Shown: positions 34,814 through 43,083 of the stretch, one piece after another
Numbering within the stretch: the stretch's first letter is position 1
Layout: every line of letters begins with the position of its first letter
NCBI GenBank assembly: GCA_963829565.1
Contig: CAWHJC010000021.1
Location: 217,835-281,834 of the forward strand
DNA length: 64,000 bases
Origin: an uncultured Actinomycetota bacterium
GTDB lineage: Bacteria > Actinomycetota > Actinomycetes > JACCUZ01
Direction of reading: 5' to 3'
The notes under the pieces: model-generated
Database searches by the model: none
What the model was told of the DNA's origin: nothing
Seen by the model: only the letters and a program-made list of their open reading frames with translations
Made by a program: the position numbers and the translations under genes

Positions 34814-34830
34814 ATACCCCCTAGGGGTAT
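34814..34830. promoter_or_regulatory. CsoR/RicR-type copper operator
   Basis: Palindrome ATACCCC-CTA-GGGGTAT directly upstream of DUF4396. Confidence 0.8.
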
Positions 34831-34874
34831 GAGACAAGACCTCGCGGGACGGTTGCCACACCGACAGGAGGTGA

Positions 34875-35270
34875 CTAGGCCGTCAGCTCGGCCCACACGG
34901 TCTTGCCGCCCGGCTGACCCTCGACGCCGTAGCGCGTGGAGAGCGCGTCGACCAGCGCGAGCCCACGCCCGCCCTCGTCGAGCAGGCCGGGCGACGTGAG
35001 CCGGACGGGGCGCGGCGAGCCGTCGGTCACCTCGAGACGAAGCCCGCCGTCGGTGCGGCGCAGCCGGAGCCGGATCACCGTGCCGGCGTGCCGGACGGAG
35101 TTGGCGACGAGCTCGGTCACGATCAGGGTGGCGTCCTCGCAGAGCTCGCCCAGCCCCCAGTGACGGCAGTGCTGCTGGACCGCCGAGCGGGCCAGCGGTG
35201 CCGAGGCGGGCTCGGCGGGAAGGGTCGTCTCGTAGGTCGTCAGGTCATCGGACTGGTCTGGCGCGGACAT
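34875..35270 (-). CDS. RsbW-like anti-sigma factor / HATPase_c_2 protein
   Basis: LIVTELVANSVRHA, LEVTD, GGRGLALV, GKTVWAEL. Confidence 0.88.
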   Translation of the reverse strand: MSAPDQSDDLTTYETTLPAEPASAPLARSAVQQHCRHWGLGELCEDATLIVTELVANSVRHAGTVIRLRLRRTDGGLRLEVTDGSPRPVRLTSPGLLDEGGRGLALVDALSTRYGVEGQPGGKTVWAELTA

Positions 35271-35386
35271 CCGCGAAGCTCTCCGTCCTGCTGCTGGAAC
35301 GTCCTGGGTCACGTACCCAGACACTGCGCAGGGAATCGAGATGGCCCGTGCTGCCACGGTGAAACCCATCACCTATGTCAGCGCGG

Positions 35387-36325
35387 TTACTGCGCGAGCT
35401 CCCCGGCGAGCCGGTCGCGGCGAGCCGTGACGTCGGCCAGGCGCCGCTCGGCGTCGCGGGCGACCCGCTCTGCCTTCTCTGCGGCCGTCTGCGCCGTGCG
35501 TCGCTCCCGGTCGGCTCCGGCCTGCTCGTCGGTGGCTGTGGCGAGCTCGTCGCGGAGCCGGCGGACGGTGTCGGCAGCGGCCTCGGCCGCGGCGGTTGAA
35601 CGGTCCAGCCGTTCCCGGGCGTCGTCCCGGGCGGCGCCGGCGGCATCGGCGGCCTCCCGGGCGGCCGTGGCCTCCGCCTCGGCGCGCTCCAGCCGCTCGG
35701 CTCGGCGCCGGCGCTCCCTGGCCTCCGGGTCCGGGTCGGCCTTGGTGCGGCCTGCCGTCCCGCCGCCCGCCGACCGGCTCGACGGCTTCGCCGCCTTCGT
35801 CGGTTGCTTCGCCCGGGAGGTCGGAGGCGCCTGGTCACCGGTTCCCGGCGCGAACCCGGAGGGCCGGAAACCCTCCGTCAGCCGCCCCTCTGCGAGCTGC
35901 TCCGCCAGGTCCGGGTCGGCGAGCGCAGCCCGCAGCGTCTCCTCGAGACCGCGCGCCGCGTCCTCCCCCACCCGCTGGCCGGCGGCCGCCGCGCTCCGGC
36001 GGGCCTGCTTGACCAGCGCGGCCACCAGCTGGTGCTGCTGTTGGGAGAGCCGGCGCAGGTCCTCGCCGCTGAGGACCTCGGTGGCCTCGCGCAGCGCCTC
36101 GCCGAGCTCGAGCAGCGGCCCGATCTCGTCGCCGTGCTCCCGGACGAGCTGGTTGGCCAGCCAGGCGACCGTCGTCGGCTTGCCCAGCGCGTGGATCTGC
36201 TTGGCCAGGTCACGGTCGCCGTCTGCGCGTGCCTCCTTCTCCCGGGCCGTACGCGTGGCAGTGAACTCGGCGGGCAGCAGCCCGTAGAGCTCGTCGGCGA
36301 CGGTGTCGAGTGTGGGCATGTCCAC
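35387..36325 (-). CDS. Conserved hypothetical protein with C-terminal coiled coil
   Basis: VADELYGLLPAEFTATR..LGKPTTVAWLANQLVR; host-like codon usage. Confidence 0.7.
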   Translation of the reverse strand: MDMPTLDTVADELYGLLPAEFTATRTAREKEARADGDRDLAKQIHALGKPTTVAWLANQLVREHGDEIGPLLELGEALREATEVLSGEDLRRLSQQQHQLVAALVKQARRSAAAAGQRVGEDAARGLEETLRAALADPDLAEQLAEGRLTEGFRPSGFAPGTGDQAPPTSRAKQPTKAAKPSSRSAGGGTAGRTKADPDPEARERRRRAERLERAEAEATAAREAADAAGAARDDARERLDRSTAAAEAAADTVRRLRDELATATDEQAGADRERRTAQTAAEKAERVARDAERRLADVTARRDRLAGELAQ

Positions 36326-36364
36326 GGTGTGCGCATTCTGCCGCGCCGGTGGCGCGGCTGTCCG

Positions 36365-36805
36365 TCAGCGCGCCGCGGATCCGTCGACAAGCGACGGTGG
36401 CAGTCGCAGCCCGGGCACCAGCTCGGTGAGCAGGGTCCGCACCCGTCGGTCGATGTCGGCGACGATCCGACGTACGGTCGCCTCGTCCTGACCCTTGGGG
36501 TCGTCGAGCTCCCAGTCCTCGTAGCGCGCGCCCGCGTAGAACGGGCACTCCTCGCCGCACCCCATCGTCACGACGGCGCTGTAGCTGCCGTCCGGGTCGA
36601 ACCGCTTCGGGGTCTCCTGCCCGGTGTCGAGACCCAGGGCGGCGAGGACCGATGCGACCTCGGGATGCACGCGGTCGCCGGGCTCGGACCCGGCGGAGAA
36701 CACCTCGACCCGGTCGCCGCCGTAGTGCTCGGCCAGGACCTTGCCAGTCACCGACCGACCGGCGTTGGCGCGGCAGGCGAAGAGGATCCTGGGCTTGTCG
36801 GGCAC
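36365..36805 (-). CDS. arsC: Arsenate reductase, LMW-PTP fold, three-Cys type
   Basis: ILFACRANAGRS, SAGSEP, TMGCGEECP, DWELDDP. Confidence 0.9.
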   Translation of the reverse strand: MPDKPRILFACRANAGRSVTGKVLAEHYGGDRVEVFSAGSEPGDRVHPEVASVLAALGLDTGQETPKRFDPDGSYSAVVTMGCGEECPFYAGARYEDWELDDPKGQDEATVRRIVADIDRRVRTLLTELVPGLRLPPSLVDGSAAR

Positions 36806-37515
36806 GGCGGTGCTCCTTCGGCGGAAGCGGGCGCGAGCGGGTAGAGAGCGGTGACGAGCGCGACGCCGAGGATGCCGCCGAGGATCTCGGCGATGACGAA
36901 CGCCGGCACCGATGCCGGGGTGATGCCGGCGAAGGTGTCCGACACGGCGCGCCCGACCGTCACGGCCGGGTTGGCGAACGACGTCGACGACGTGAACCAG
37001 TAAGCAGCGCCGATGTAGGCGCCGACGGCGGGCCCGGCCCAGACGCCGCGCCGGGTGCGGACAAGCGAGAAGACCAGGGCCACCAGGCCGGCGGTGGCGA
37101 CGACCTCCCCGAGCCAGAGCCGCCAACCGACGCGGTCCGTCGTGGCAAGTGCGGTGGGGACGTCGAACATCACGTTCGCGAGAACCGCTCCGGCAAGGGC
37201 GCCGACCGTCTGGACGGCCGCGTAGCCCGCGACCTCCCGGCCGCGCAGCCCGCTGCCGCTGTGCCGACCGAGCCACCAGTCGGCAGCCGACACGACCGGA
37301 TTGAGATGCGCGCCGGAGACCGGACCGAGCATGACGATGAGGGCGCCGAGGCCTAGGGCCGTCGCCGTCGAGTTCTGCAGCAGCTGGAGGCCCGTGTCGT
37401 CCGGCGAGAGCCGTTGCGCGGCGATGCCAGACCCGACGACGACCGTCACGAGAAGCGCTGTCCCGACACCCTCGGCGAGCAGCCGGCGAGCCGGCGCGCG
37501 GTCTCCCGTCAGCAC
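36748..37515 (-). CDS. Aquaglyceroporin AqpS-like arsenite channel (3' end possibly frameshifted)
   Basis: AEGVGTALL..VVGSGI, SGAHLNPVVS, AYWFTSSTSFANPAVT. Confidence 0.88.
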   Translation of the reverse strand: MLTGDRAPARRLLAEGVGTALLVTVVVGSGIAAQRLSPDDTGLQLLQNSTATALGLGALIVMLGPVSGAHLNPVVSAADWWLGRHSGSGLRGREVAGYAAVQTVGALAGAVLANVMFDVPTALATTDRVGWRLWLGEVVATAGLVALVFSLVRTRRGVWAGPAVGAYIGAAYWFTSSTSFANPAVTVGRAVSDTFAGITPASVPAFVIAEILGGILGVALVTALYPLAPASAEGAPPCPTSPGSSSPAAPTPVGR

Positions 37516-37859
37516 GGTCGGCGCGTCCGCTCGGCGTCGCAGGCGTCAGCCAGACCGGCGACCGCGTCCCGAACGGCTGCGATCGCGCCCGCCGAGAGCC
37601 GGTAGTAGGTGAATCGTCCGGCCGGGTCGCTCTCGACCAGGCCGGCCTCCCGCAGGGCCCTGAGGTGGTGGGAGACGAGCGTCTGCTTGATCCCGAGCTC
37701 GTCCTGGAGGTGGCAGACGCACAGGTCCTCGGCGGCGAGCAGGTCGAGGATCGCGGCACGGACCGGGTCGGCGAGCACCCGCAGGGTCGGGGCTGCGTCA
37801 GCGAGCGGAGACGGCGACGGCGACGGCCGGGTCCGGGAGAACGTCACATCGGTGGGCAT
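37509..37859 (-). CDS. arsR: ArsR/SmtB regulator
   Basis: LADPVR, LCVCHL, QTLVSHHLRALREAGLV, C-terminal RRPC. Confidence 0.9.
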   Translation of the reverse strand: MPTDVTFSRTRPSPSPSPLADAAPTLRVLADPVRAAILDLLAAEDLCVCHLQDELGIKQTLVSHHLRALREAGLVESDPAGRFTYYRLSAGAIAAVRDAVAGLADACDAERTRRPC

Positions 37860-37872
37860 CGTGGTCAGGACA

Positions 37873-37890
37873 CACCAGCGACGGCTGATG
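37873..37890. promoter_or_regulatory. Putative ArsR operator of arsR-aqpS-arsC
   Basis: Imperfect inverted repeat CACCAGC-GACG-GCTGATG just upstream of the arsR ATG. Confidence 0.6.
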
Positions 37891-37960
37891 AGTCAATCCC
37901 GGCGGAGGGACCCCCGGCCCACGCTTCCACCTCTCACCACCCACCTCCCACCTCCCACCA

Positions 37961-38015
37961 CCGAAGCGGACCGGCTACCGGGCGCGACACGCCGTCGCTA
38001 GCCGGTCCACTTCGG
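37961..38015. repeat. Long hairpin (17-bp arms), REP-like or terminator
   Basis: CCGAAGCGGACCGGCTA ... TAGCCGGTCCACTTCGG with an inner GCGAC/GTCGC stem. Confidence 0.7.
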
Positions 38016-38050
38016 CGTGTTGCGGTGGTGCCATCGGCTGCGCTCAGGAC

Positions 38051-38092
38051 TCAGCAACACCCGGTGTCGCAGCTCTCGCAGCAGTCGTCCAT
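38051..38092 (-). CDS. 13-aa Cys-rich micropeptide MDDCCESCDTGCC
   Basis: GGAGGGAGGTGA RBS 6 nt before ATG; 5 Cys and 4 acidic residues; lies in the arsenic cluster. Confidence 0.7.
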   Translation of the reverse strand: MDDCCESCDTGCC

Positions 38093-38133
38093 GGCAGGTC
38101 ACCTCCCTCCGCTCGCGGTGGCGGACAGCGGTC

Positions 38134-38214
38134 TCAGCCGCCCCCAGCGAGGCCGGGAAGGCCGGCGCCGATGACGGCGACTGACTCGACGACGGACTCC
38201 GAGCGGCGGCCCAT
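38134..38214 (-). pseudogene. 26-aa N-terminal remnant of an FAD-dependent oxidoreductase
   Basis: MGRRSESVVESVAVIGAGLPGLAGGG* has a Rossmann VAVIGxGxxG motif; TGATG-coupled to the upstream ORF. Confidence 0.5.
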
Positions 38215-38429
38215 CAGCAGGTGGGGCAGGGCTGGCCGCGCTGGGCGGAGGCGGACGGGGTCACGGACTCCAGCGTCTCGCGCAAGGCGGTGGCCAGCCG
38301 GCCGGGGAGCACCCGGGTCCGGCGGCGGCCGACTTCGCGGCCGAGGCGCTCGGCGGCCACGTCGCGGCGCAGCTCCTCCATCCGCAGGTGGATGGTCGCG
38401 GCCAGCGGGTCGAGCGGAAGGCTGCTCAT
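38214..38429 (-). CDS. 71-aa hypothetical protein ending in CPTC
   Basis: GAGGAG RBS; MSSLPLDPLAATIHLRMEELRRDV...GQPCPTC*; divergent from the second ArsR. Confidence 0.65.
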   Translation of the reverse strand: MSSLPLDPLAATIHLRMEELRRDVAAERLGREVGRRRTRVLPGRLATALRETLESVTPSASAQRGQPCPTC

Positions 38430-38446
38430 GACGGGCTCCTCAGGAG

Positions 38447-38518
38447 ATCGATGGTTCTCGATAACTCGGTCATCGTGGCCGACGTATCGACGGCTGTCAA
38501 TGATTGACGGCCGTCTAT
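38447..38518. promoter_or_regulatory. Three 16-bp ArsR-type operator boxes
   Basis: ATCGATGGTTCTCGAT (38447-38462), ATCGACGGCTGTCAAT (38486-38501), ATTGACGGCCGTCTAT (38503-38518). Confidence 0.7.
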
Positions 38519-38538
38519 TTCGACCGCATGATGGAGCC

Positions 38539-38895
38539 ATGCCCAAGCCGCTGCCGCTTCTCGAGCCCGTCCCCAGCGCCGACACCTGCTGCGCGCCGCT
38601 GGCCGAGGCGCCGCTCTCAGCGGGCGAGGCCCAACAGCTGTCGATCCGGCTCAAGGCGCTCGCGGACCCGGCCCGGCTGCGGTTGGTCTCGATGCTGCTG
38701 GCCAGCGCCTCGCAGGAGTGCTGCACCTGCGACCTGACCGAGCCGCTGGGCCTGTCCCAGCCGACGGTCAGCCACCACCTGAAGAAGCTGGCCGAGGCAG
38801 GGATCGTCACTGGCGAGCGTCGCGGCGTCTGGACCCACTACCGCGTCGTGCCCGGCTCCCTCGCCGCGATCGCCGACGTCATCACCACCCCCTGA
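38539..38895 (+). CDS. ArsR regulator with N-terminal CC (Rv2640c-like)
   Basis: DTCCAPL, LKALADPARLRL, ECCTCDL..LSQPTVSHHLKKL. Confidence 0.9.
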   Translation: MPKPLPLLEPVPSADTCCAPLAEAPLSAGEAQQLSIRLKALADPARLRLVSMLLASASQECCTCDLTEPLGLSQPTVSHHLKKLAEAGIVTGERRGVWTHYRVVPGSLAAIADVITTP

Positions 38896-38899
38896 CGAA

Positions 38900-38962
38900 G
38901 ATCCACTGTGCGTTGACACACCAGTTCACCGGCGTGTCTGGTGCAGCAGCGCACAGTGGATC
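38900..38962. repeat. REP-like palindromic intergenic repeat, copy 2
   Basis: 13-bp arms GATCCACTGTGCG ... CGCACAGTGGATC; homologous to 18538-18596; lies between convergent genes. Confidence 0.8.
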
Positions 38963-38985
38963 TTGGGGGTGGGTTGCCGGGCGGG

Positions 38986-39519
38986 TCAGGCTGCCGCGCG
39001 GCCGCCGGGGGTCACGACCAGCCACACGCCGCCGTACTCGCGTACGTCGTGGCAGAGCACCTGGCCCGGCCCCTCGTGGGCGTAGAAGTAGAGCGGGTGA
39101 CCGGCATAGGTGACCTGGGTGGTGCCGTCGCGGCGCTCGGTCCTGCCGAGCAGCCCGGCCCGCGCGTCGCCCTTCGCCCGTGGTGAGCCTGTCGTGAGGA
39201 CCGGCGGCCACGCCTCGGCGCACTCGCCGTAGCACTCCGGCCGGTCACCGCCTTCCTTGTCGAAGAGGTAGATGGCCTGGCCGGTCGGGTCGAACAGCAT
39301 CGTCCCGAAGTCGCTGGCACCGGTGGTGATCACCCGGCCGCGGCCCTCAGCGGCAGCGCTCGGCGACTCGCTGGCCGGAGCCGACGTGGTCGTCCCGGTC
39401 GGGCTGGACGAGCCAGTGGAGGCCGGTGTCGGCGACGTTCCCGCCGAGTCGTCGGCGGTGGAGCCACCTCCGCAGCCGGCGAGCAGCAAGGAGACCGCGA
39501 GGAGTGCGGTACGAGTCAT
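38986..39519 (-). CDS. Secreted repeat lipoprotein (COG4315/Lipoprotein_15)
   Basis: Lipobox LAGC, YLFDKE, CYGECAEAWPP, QVTYAGHPLY. Confidence 0.85.
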   Translation of the reverse strand: MTRTALLAVSLLLAGCGGGSTADDSAGTSPTPASTGSSSPTGTTTSAPASESPSAAAEGRGRVITTGASDFGTMLFDPTGQAIYLFDKEGGDRPECYGECAEAWPPVLTTGSPRAKGDARAGLLGRTERRDGTTQVTYAGHPLYFYAHEGPGQVLCHDVREYGGVWLVVTPGGRAAA

Positions 39520-40649
39520 GCCGAGCCGACCGGCCCGCCGCGCACCGGCTTGTCCTGCGCCGTGCGCCGCTCGTTGTCGCGCAGCCGCGGCTCGTAGTGG
39601 GTGAAGAAGACGGTGGCGACGAGATCCCGTCGGCTGCGTACGCCCGTCTTGTCGAAGATGCTCTTCAGGTGCTGCTGGACGGTGTGCGGTGACACGGTCA
39701 GCGTCCCGGCGATGTCCGTTGTGCACGCGCCCTGCAGGACCAGCCGGGTCACGTCGCGTTCCCGTTCAGTGAGTCCATAGGCAGACATGAGCAGGGCGGT
39801 GATGCGGGCCGGGTGCGCCGGCTCGACGATGACGGCTACCCGCCGGTCGCCTCCCGACAGGAGCGCGGCGCCGTGCAGCACCACCCAGGTCCCCGAGCGC
39901 GTCAGCACGCGGGCCATCGCCACCTCGGCCGGCGCCCCGTCCTCGACCGGGCGCATCGCCCGACCGGCGACTGTCAGCACGACGGACGGCAGCCGGCCCG
40001 CATCGATGTCTCCGTCCGGCAGATCGCGCAGCCATGTGTCCACACCCGGTGTCGAGGACTCGACCTGCCAGTCGTCCCGCAGCACGAGCAGCCCCGGCGC
40101 CTGGCCGTCCTCGGGGTCACTCGCCTCCCCGAACAGAAGAGCTCGCCGGGCGCCTTCCGCGAGGTGCGGCGCGGCCTGCGCGATGAAGTGCTGGTCGGCG
40201 GCACCGAAGAGCGGCCGGTCCGCCTCGCGGTAGAGGCCCAGCGCCCCCCAGACGTCACCGGAGCGGGTCCGGAGCACCGCGATCATCTCCTGGTCTCCGC
40301 CGAGCGCGATGTTGGCCTGCCACCGGGGACTGCTGCTCGGGTCTCCGCCCGTGGCGTCGTGCAGCGTCGAGACACCCGTGCTGCTGCGCGCCACGTCGAC
40401 GATCTGGTTCACGTCGTCGCCGTAGTACTCCTCGGCCAGCGACTCGCGGGGCAGCTCCGGCATCTCCGGGTTGTAGTGGCTGGTGATGAGAAGTGATGCC
40501 GGGTCGAGGGTGTACCAGCACGGGAATCCGAAGTGCGGCACCACCTGGTCCAGGACGTCGGCGGCCTCGGTCCAGAACGTCACCAGGCTGCGGGGCTCTT
40601 CGGACAACCGCTCGATCTTGTCCAGCGCCCGCGTCGCCGATACCGCCAT
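39516..40649 (-). CDS. GAF-like sensor plus LuxR-type HTH regulator
   Basis: TLDPASLLIT, YGLTERERDV..IAGTLTVSPHTVQQHLKSIFDKTGVRSRR. Confidence 0.85.
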   Translation of the reverse strand: MAVSATRALDKIERLSEEPRSLVTFWTEAADVLDQVVPHFGFPCWYTLDPASLLITSHYNPEMPELPRESLAEEYYGDDVNQIVDVARSSTGVSTLHDATGGDPSSSPRWQANIALGGDQEMIAVLRTRSGDVWGALGLYREADRPLFGAADQHFIAQAAPHLAEGARRALLFGEASDPEDGQAPGLLVLRDDWQVESSTPGVDTWLRDLPDGDIDAGRLPSVVLTVAGRAMRPVEDGAPAEVAMARVLTRSGTWVVLHGAALLSGGDRRVAVIVEPAHPARITALLMSAYGLTERERDVTRLVLQGACTTDIAGTLTVSPHTVQQHLKSIFDKTGVRSRRDLVATVFFTHYEPRLRDNERRTAQDKPVRGGPVGSA

Positions 40650-40759
40650 GTCCGCACTGTCCCACCGACCTCCGGTCCTGGCGATACCACCTTTCTGGAA
40701 TGGTCGCCGTCGTCGTGCGGTCCTAGCGTCCCCGTCATCGCCAACCGGAAGGACCGACG

Positions 40760-41245
40760 ATGACCACGACGAGCCTGCGAGTCCACAGCCTGGAGACTCC
40801 CGGACCTGACCAGATGGGCGTCACCGATCAGTTCCTGATCGACGGTGACGACACCGGTGGCCGCTTCGCCCTGGTCCAGCACCTGTTCGCTCCGCGGGCT
40901 CTGGCCGCCCCGATGCACCGCCACCACGAGGAGGACGAGTTCACGCTCGTCCTGACCGGGCGGATCGGCGCCGTCCTCGACGGCAACGAGATCGTCGCCG
41001 GCCCCGGAGAGCTGCTCTTCAAGCCGCGCGAACAGTGGCACACGTTCTGGAACGCCGGCGACGAACCCGCGACCTGCCTCGAGATCATCTCGCCGGCCGG
41101 GCTGGAGCAGCTGTTCCGGGCCTTGGCCCAGGTCGGCGAGGCGACCACACCCGAGGACCTGGCGCGGCGCGCCAGGCCCTACAACTGCGACGTCGACATG
41201 GACGCGACCGCAGCGGTCATCGGGCGGCACGGCGTGGAGTTCTGA
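40760..41245 (+). CDS. Cupin domain protein
   Basis: PMHRHHEEDE..VLTG, KPREQWHTFWN. Confidence 0.85.
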   Translation: MTTTSLRVHSLETPGPDQMGVTDQFLIDGDDTGGRFALVQHLFAPRALAAPMHRHHEEDEFTLVLTGRIGAVLDGNEIVAGPGELLFKPREQWHTFWNAGDEPATCLEIISPAGLEQLFRALAQVGEATTPEDLARRARPYNCDVDMDATAAVIGRHGVEF

Positions 41246-41248
41246 CCC

Positions 41249-41566
41249 GTGCCCGGCGCCTCGTCGCCCGAAGAGCTCGAGACGCTCCTCGAGGACGCCG
41301 TGCTGCTGCAAGACGACCGAGCCGTCGCAGACCTCTTCGAGAGCAACGGTGTCGTGGTCCGTGTGCCGAGCCGGGTGACCGGTCGGAGCCGGGCTGGAAG
41401 CGTGCTCGTCCGGGAAGGGTTCGTCGCATCGGTCCGGTCGGTGACGGTGGTGCACGACGTCGCCGTGGTCGTCGGGCAGCGGACGGTCAACGTCTCCGGC
41501 CGGCGCCCGGACCACACCTGGCGACTGCTGGCGACGGTCGTGATGCCGTCGTCACCAGGTGCGTGA
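41249..41566 (+). CDS. Small hypothetical protein (possibly NTF2/SnoaL-like)
   Basis: GASSPEELETLLEDA..ADLFE..RRPDHTWR; starts 3 nt after the cupin stop. Confidence 0.5.
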   Translation: MPGASSPEELETLLEDAVLLQDDRAVADLFESNGVVVRVPSRVTGRSRAGSVLVREGFVASVRSVTVVHDVAVVVGQRTVNVSGRRPDHTWRLLATVVMPSSPGA

Positions 41567-41573
41567 CCGGGCC

Positions 41574-42503
41574 TCAGGCGTGGGTCGGGTGCTCGTGGTC
41601 GCCGTGGCCGGCGGCCTCGAGCTGGAACGTCGAGTGCTCGACGGAGACACCGTGGTGGGAGGCGACGCACTGCTGGAGCTGGTCGAGGATCTGGGGTGCG
41701 TGCCCGTCGTGGAAGCAGCCGTCGTCCACCACGACGTGTGCGCTGAGCACCGGCAGGTTCGACGCGACCTGGGACGCGTGGAGGTCGTGCACGTCGAGAA
41801 CATGCGGCAGGTCGAGGATGTGCGCCCGGACGCCGTCGAGGTCGAGCCCTTTCGGGGTCGCTTCCAGTAGGACGTCCACCGTCTCGCGCAGCAGCCGCCA
41901 GGTGCGCGGCAGGATCAGCGCGCCGATGAGCAGGGAGGCGACCGCGTCGGCGCGCTGCCAGCCGAACACCGCGATGCACGCCGCCGCGACGAGGACCGCG
42001 ACCGAGCCGAGCGCGTCGTTGACGACTTCGAGGAAAGCGGCCCGCATGTTCATGTTCTTCGTACGGGACGAGGCGAGCACGCCGATCGCGGCGATGTTCC
42101 CGACCAGGCCGACGATGCCGAACACGAGCATCGCCGTGGAGGCGACCTCGGGAGGATCGAGCAGCCGGCGGGCGCCTTCGACGAGGACGAAGACGCCCAC
42201 GGCGAGCAGCACCGCCGCCTGTGCGGCGGCGGCGAGAACCTCGGCCCGCCGGTAGCCCCAGGTGCGTTGCGGCGTCGCGGGCCGCTGGGCGAGGACGGCG
42301 GCGCCAAGCGCAAGCGTCAGGCCGGCAGCGTCGGTCAGGGCGTGCCCGGCGTCGGCGAGCAGCGCGAGCGATCCGGAGACAGCCGCCCCGACGACCTCGA
42401 CGAGCAGCGCAACCGTCGTGATGGCCAACACCAGCGCGAGCCTGCGCCGGTCGCCGGCACCGCCGGAGGGTCCGTGGTCGTGGTCGTGTCCACCGGGCAG
42501 CAC
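41574..42503 (-). CDS. Cation diffusion facilitator (CzcD-like)
   Basis: His-rich N-terminus, SLALLADAGHALTD, NMRAAFLEVVND, VHDLH. Confidence 0.92.
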   Translation of the reverse strand: MLPGGHDHDHGPSGGAGDRRRLALVLAITTVALLVEVVGAAVSGSLALLADAGHALTDAAGLTLALGAAVLAQRPATPQRTWGYRRAEVLAAAAQAAVLLAVGVFVLVEGARRLLDPPEVASTAMLVFGIVGLVGNIAAIGVLASSRTKNMNMRAAFLEVVNDALGSVAVLVAAACIAVFGWQRADAVASLLIGALILPRTWRLLRETVDVLLEATPKGLDLDGVRAHILDLPHVLDVHDLHASQVASNLPVLSAHVVVDDGCFHDGHAPQILDQLQQCVASHHGVSVEHSTFQLEAAGHGDHEHPTHA

Positions 42504-42564
42504 GTGATGTATCGAATCACCCCGCCGCTTGACGACGACGATGTAACCGCGGTTTCATGCCGTC

Positions 42565-43083
42565 ATGGTGCCGCGGACCCATCAGGCGGGCGAGTGGGTG
42601 CTGCTCAGCTACCGGATGCCGCGGGAACCGTCGACACCGCGCATCTCCGTGTGGCGCAAGCTGCGCCGGCTCGGCGTCGCCCAGCTCGGCGACGGCCTCG
42701 TCGCGCTCCCCGCCGATGCCCGCACCCGCGAGCAGCTCGAGTGGATCGCCGAGGAGGTCCGCGAAGCCGACGGCACCGCCGGCGTGTGGCTCGCCCACCC
42801 GGCCAGCCTCGCCCAGGAGCGGGAGCTGGCGACCTCGATGGCGGCCGCCAGGGCCGCCGAGTACCAGGCCCTGCGCGCCGAGGCGGAAGCCGCCCTCGGC
42901 CTGGGAGACGCCGAGCGGGCTCGTGCCGTGCGCCGGCTGCGCGGCGAGCTGCGGCGCGTCCGCCGTCGTGACTTCTTCCCGCCGGACGAACGCGACGGCG
43001 CGGTGGCCGCCCTCGACCAGCTCGCCACGTCCAGAGCCGGCACTGCACCCGACCCCGCCGGCCAGCAGGCGGTGCCGTCGTGA
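42565..43083 (+). CDS. Chromate resistance ChrB N-terminal domain protein
   Basis: WVLLSYRMPREPSTPRISVWRKLRRLG, RRDFFPP. Confidence 0.8.
   Translation: MVPRTHQAGEWVLLSYRMPREPSTPRISVWRKLRRLGVAQLGDGLVALPADARTREQLEWIAEEVREADGTAGVWLAHPASLAQERELATSMAAARAAEYQALRAEAEAALGLGDAERARAVRRLRGELRRVRRRDFFPPDERDGAVAALDQLATSRAGTAPDPAGQQAVPS

Noticed and set aside
35387-36325. Possible transposase
   Set aside because: No DDE or HUH motifs, terminal inverted repeats or target duplication are visible.
37925-37960. CCACCTCC-like short repeats
   Set aside because: Low-complexity tract beside a hairpin with no further evidence of function.
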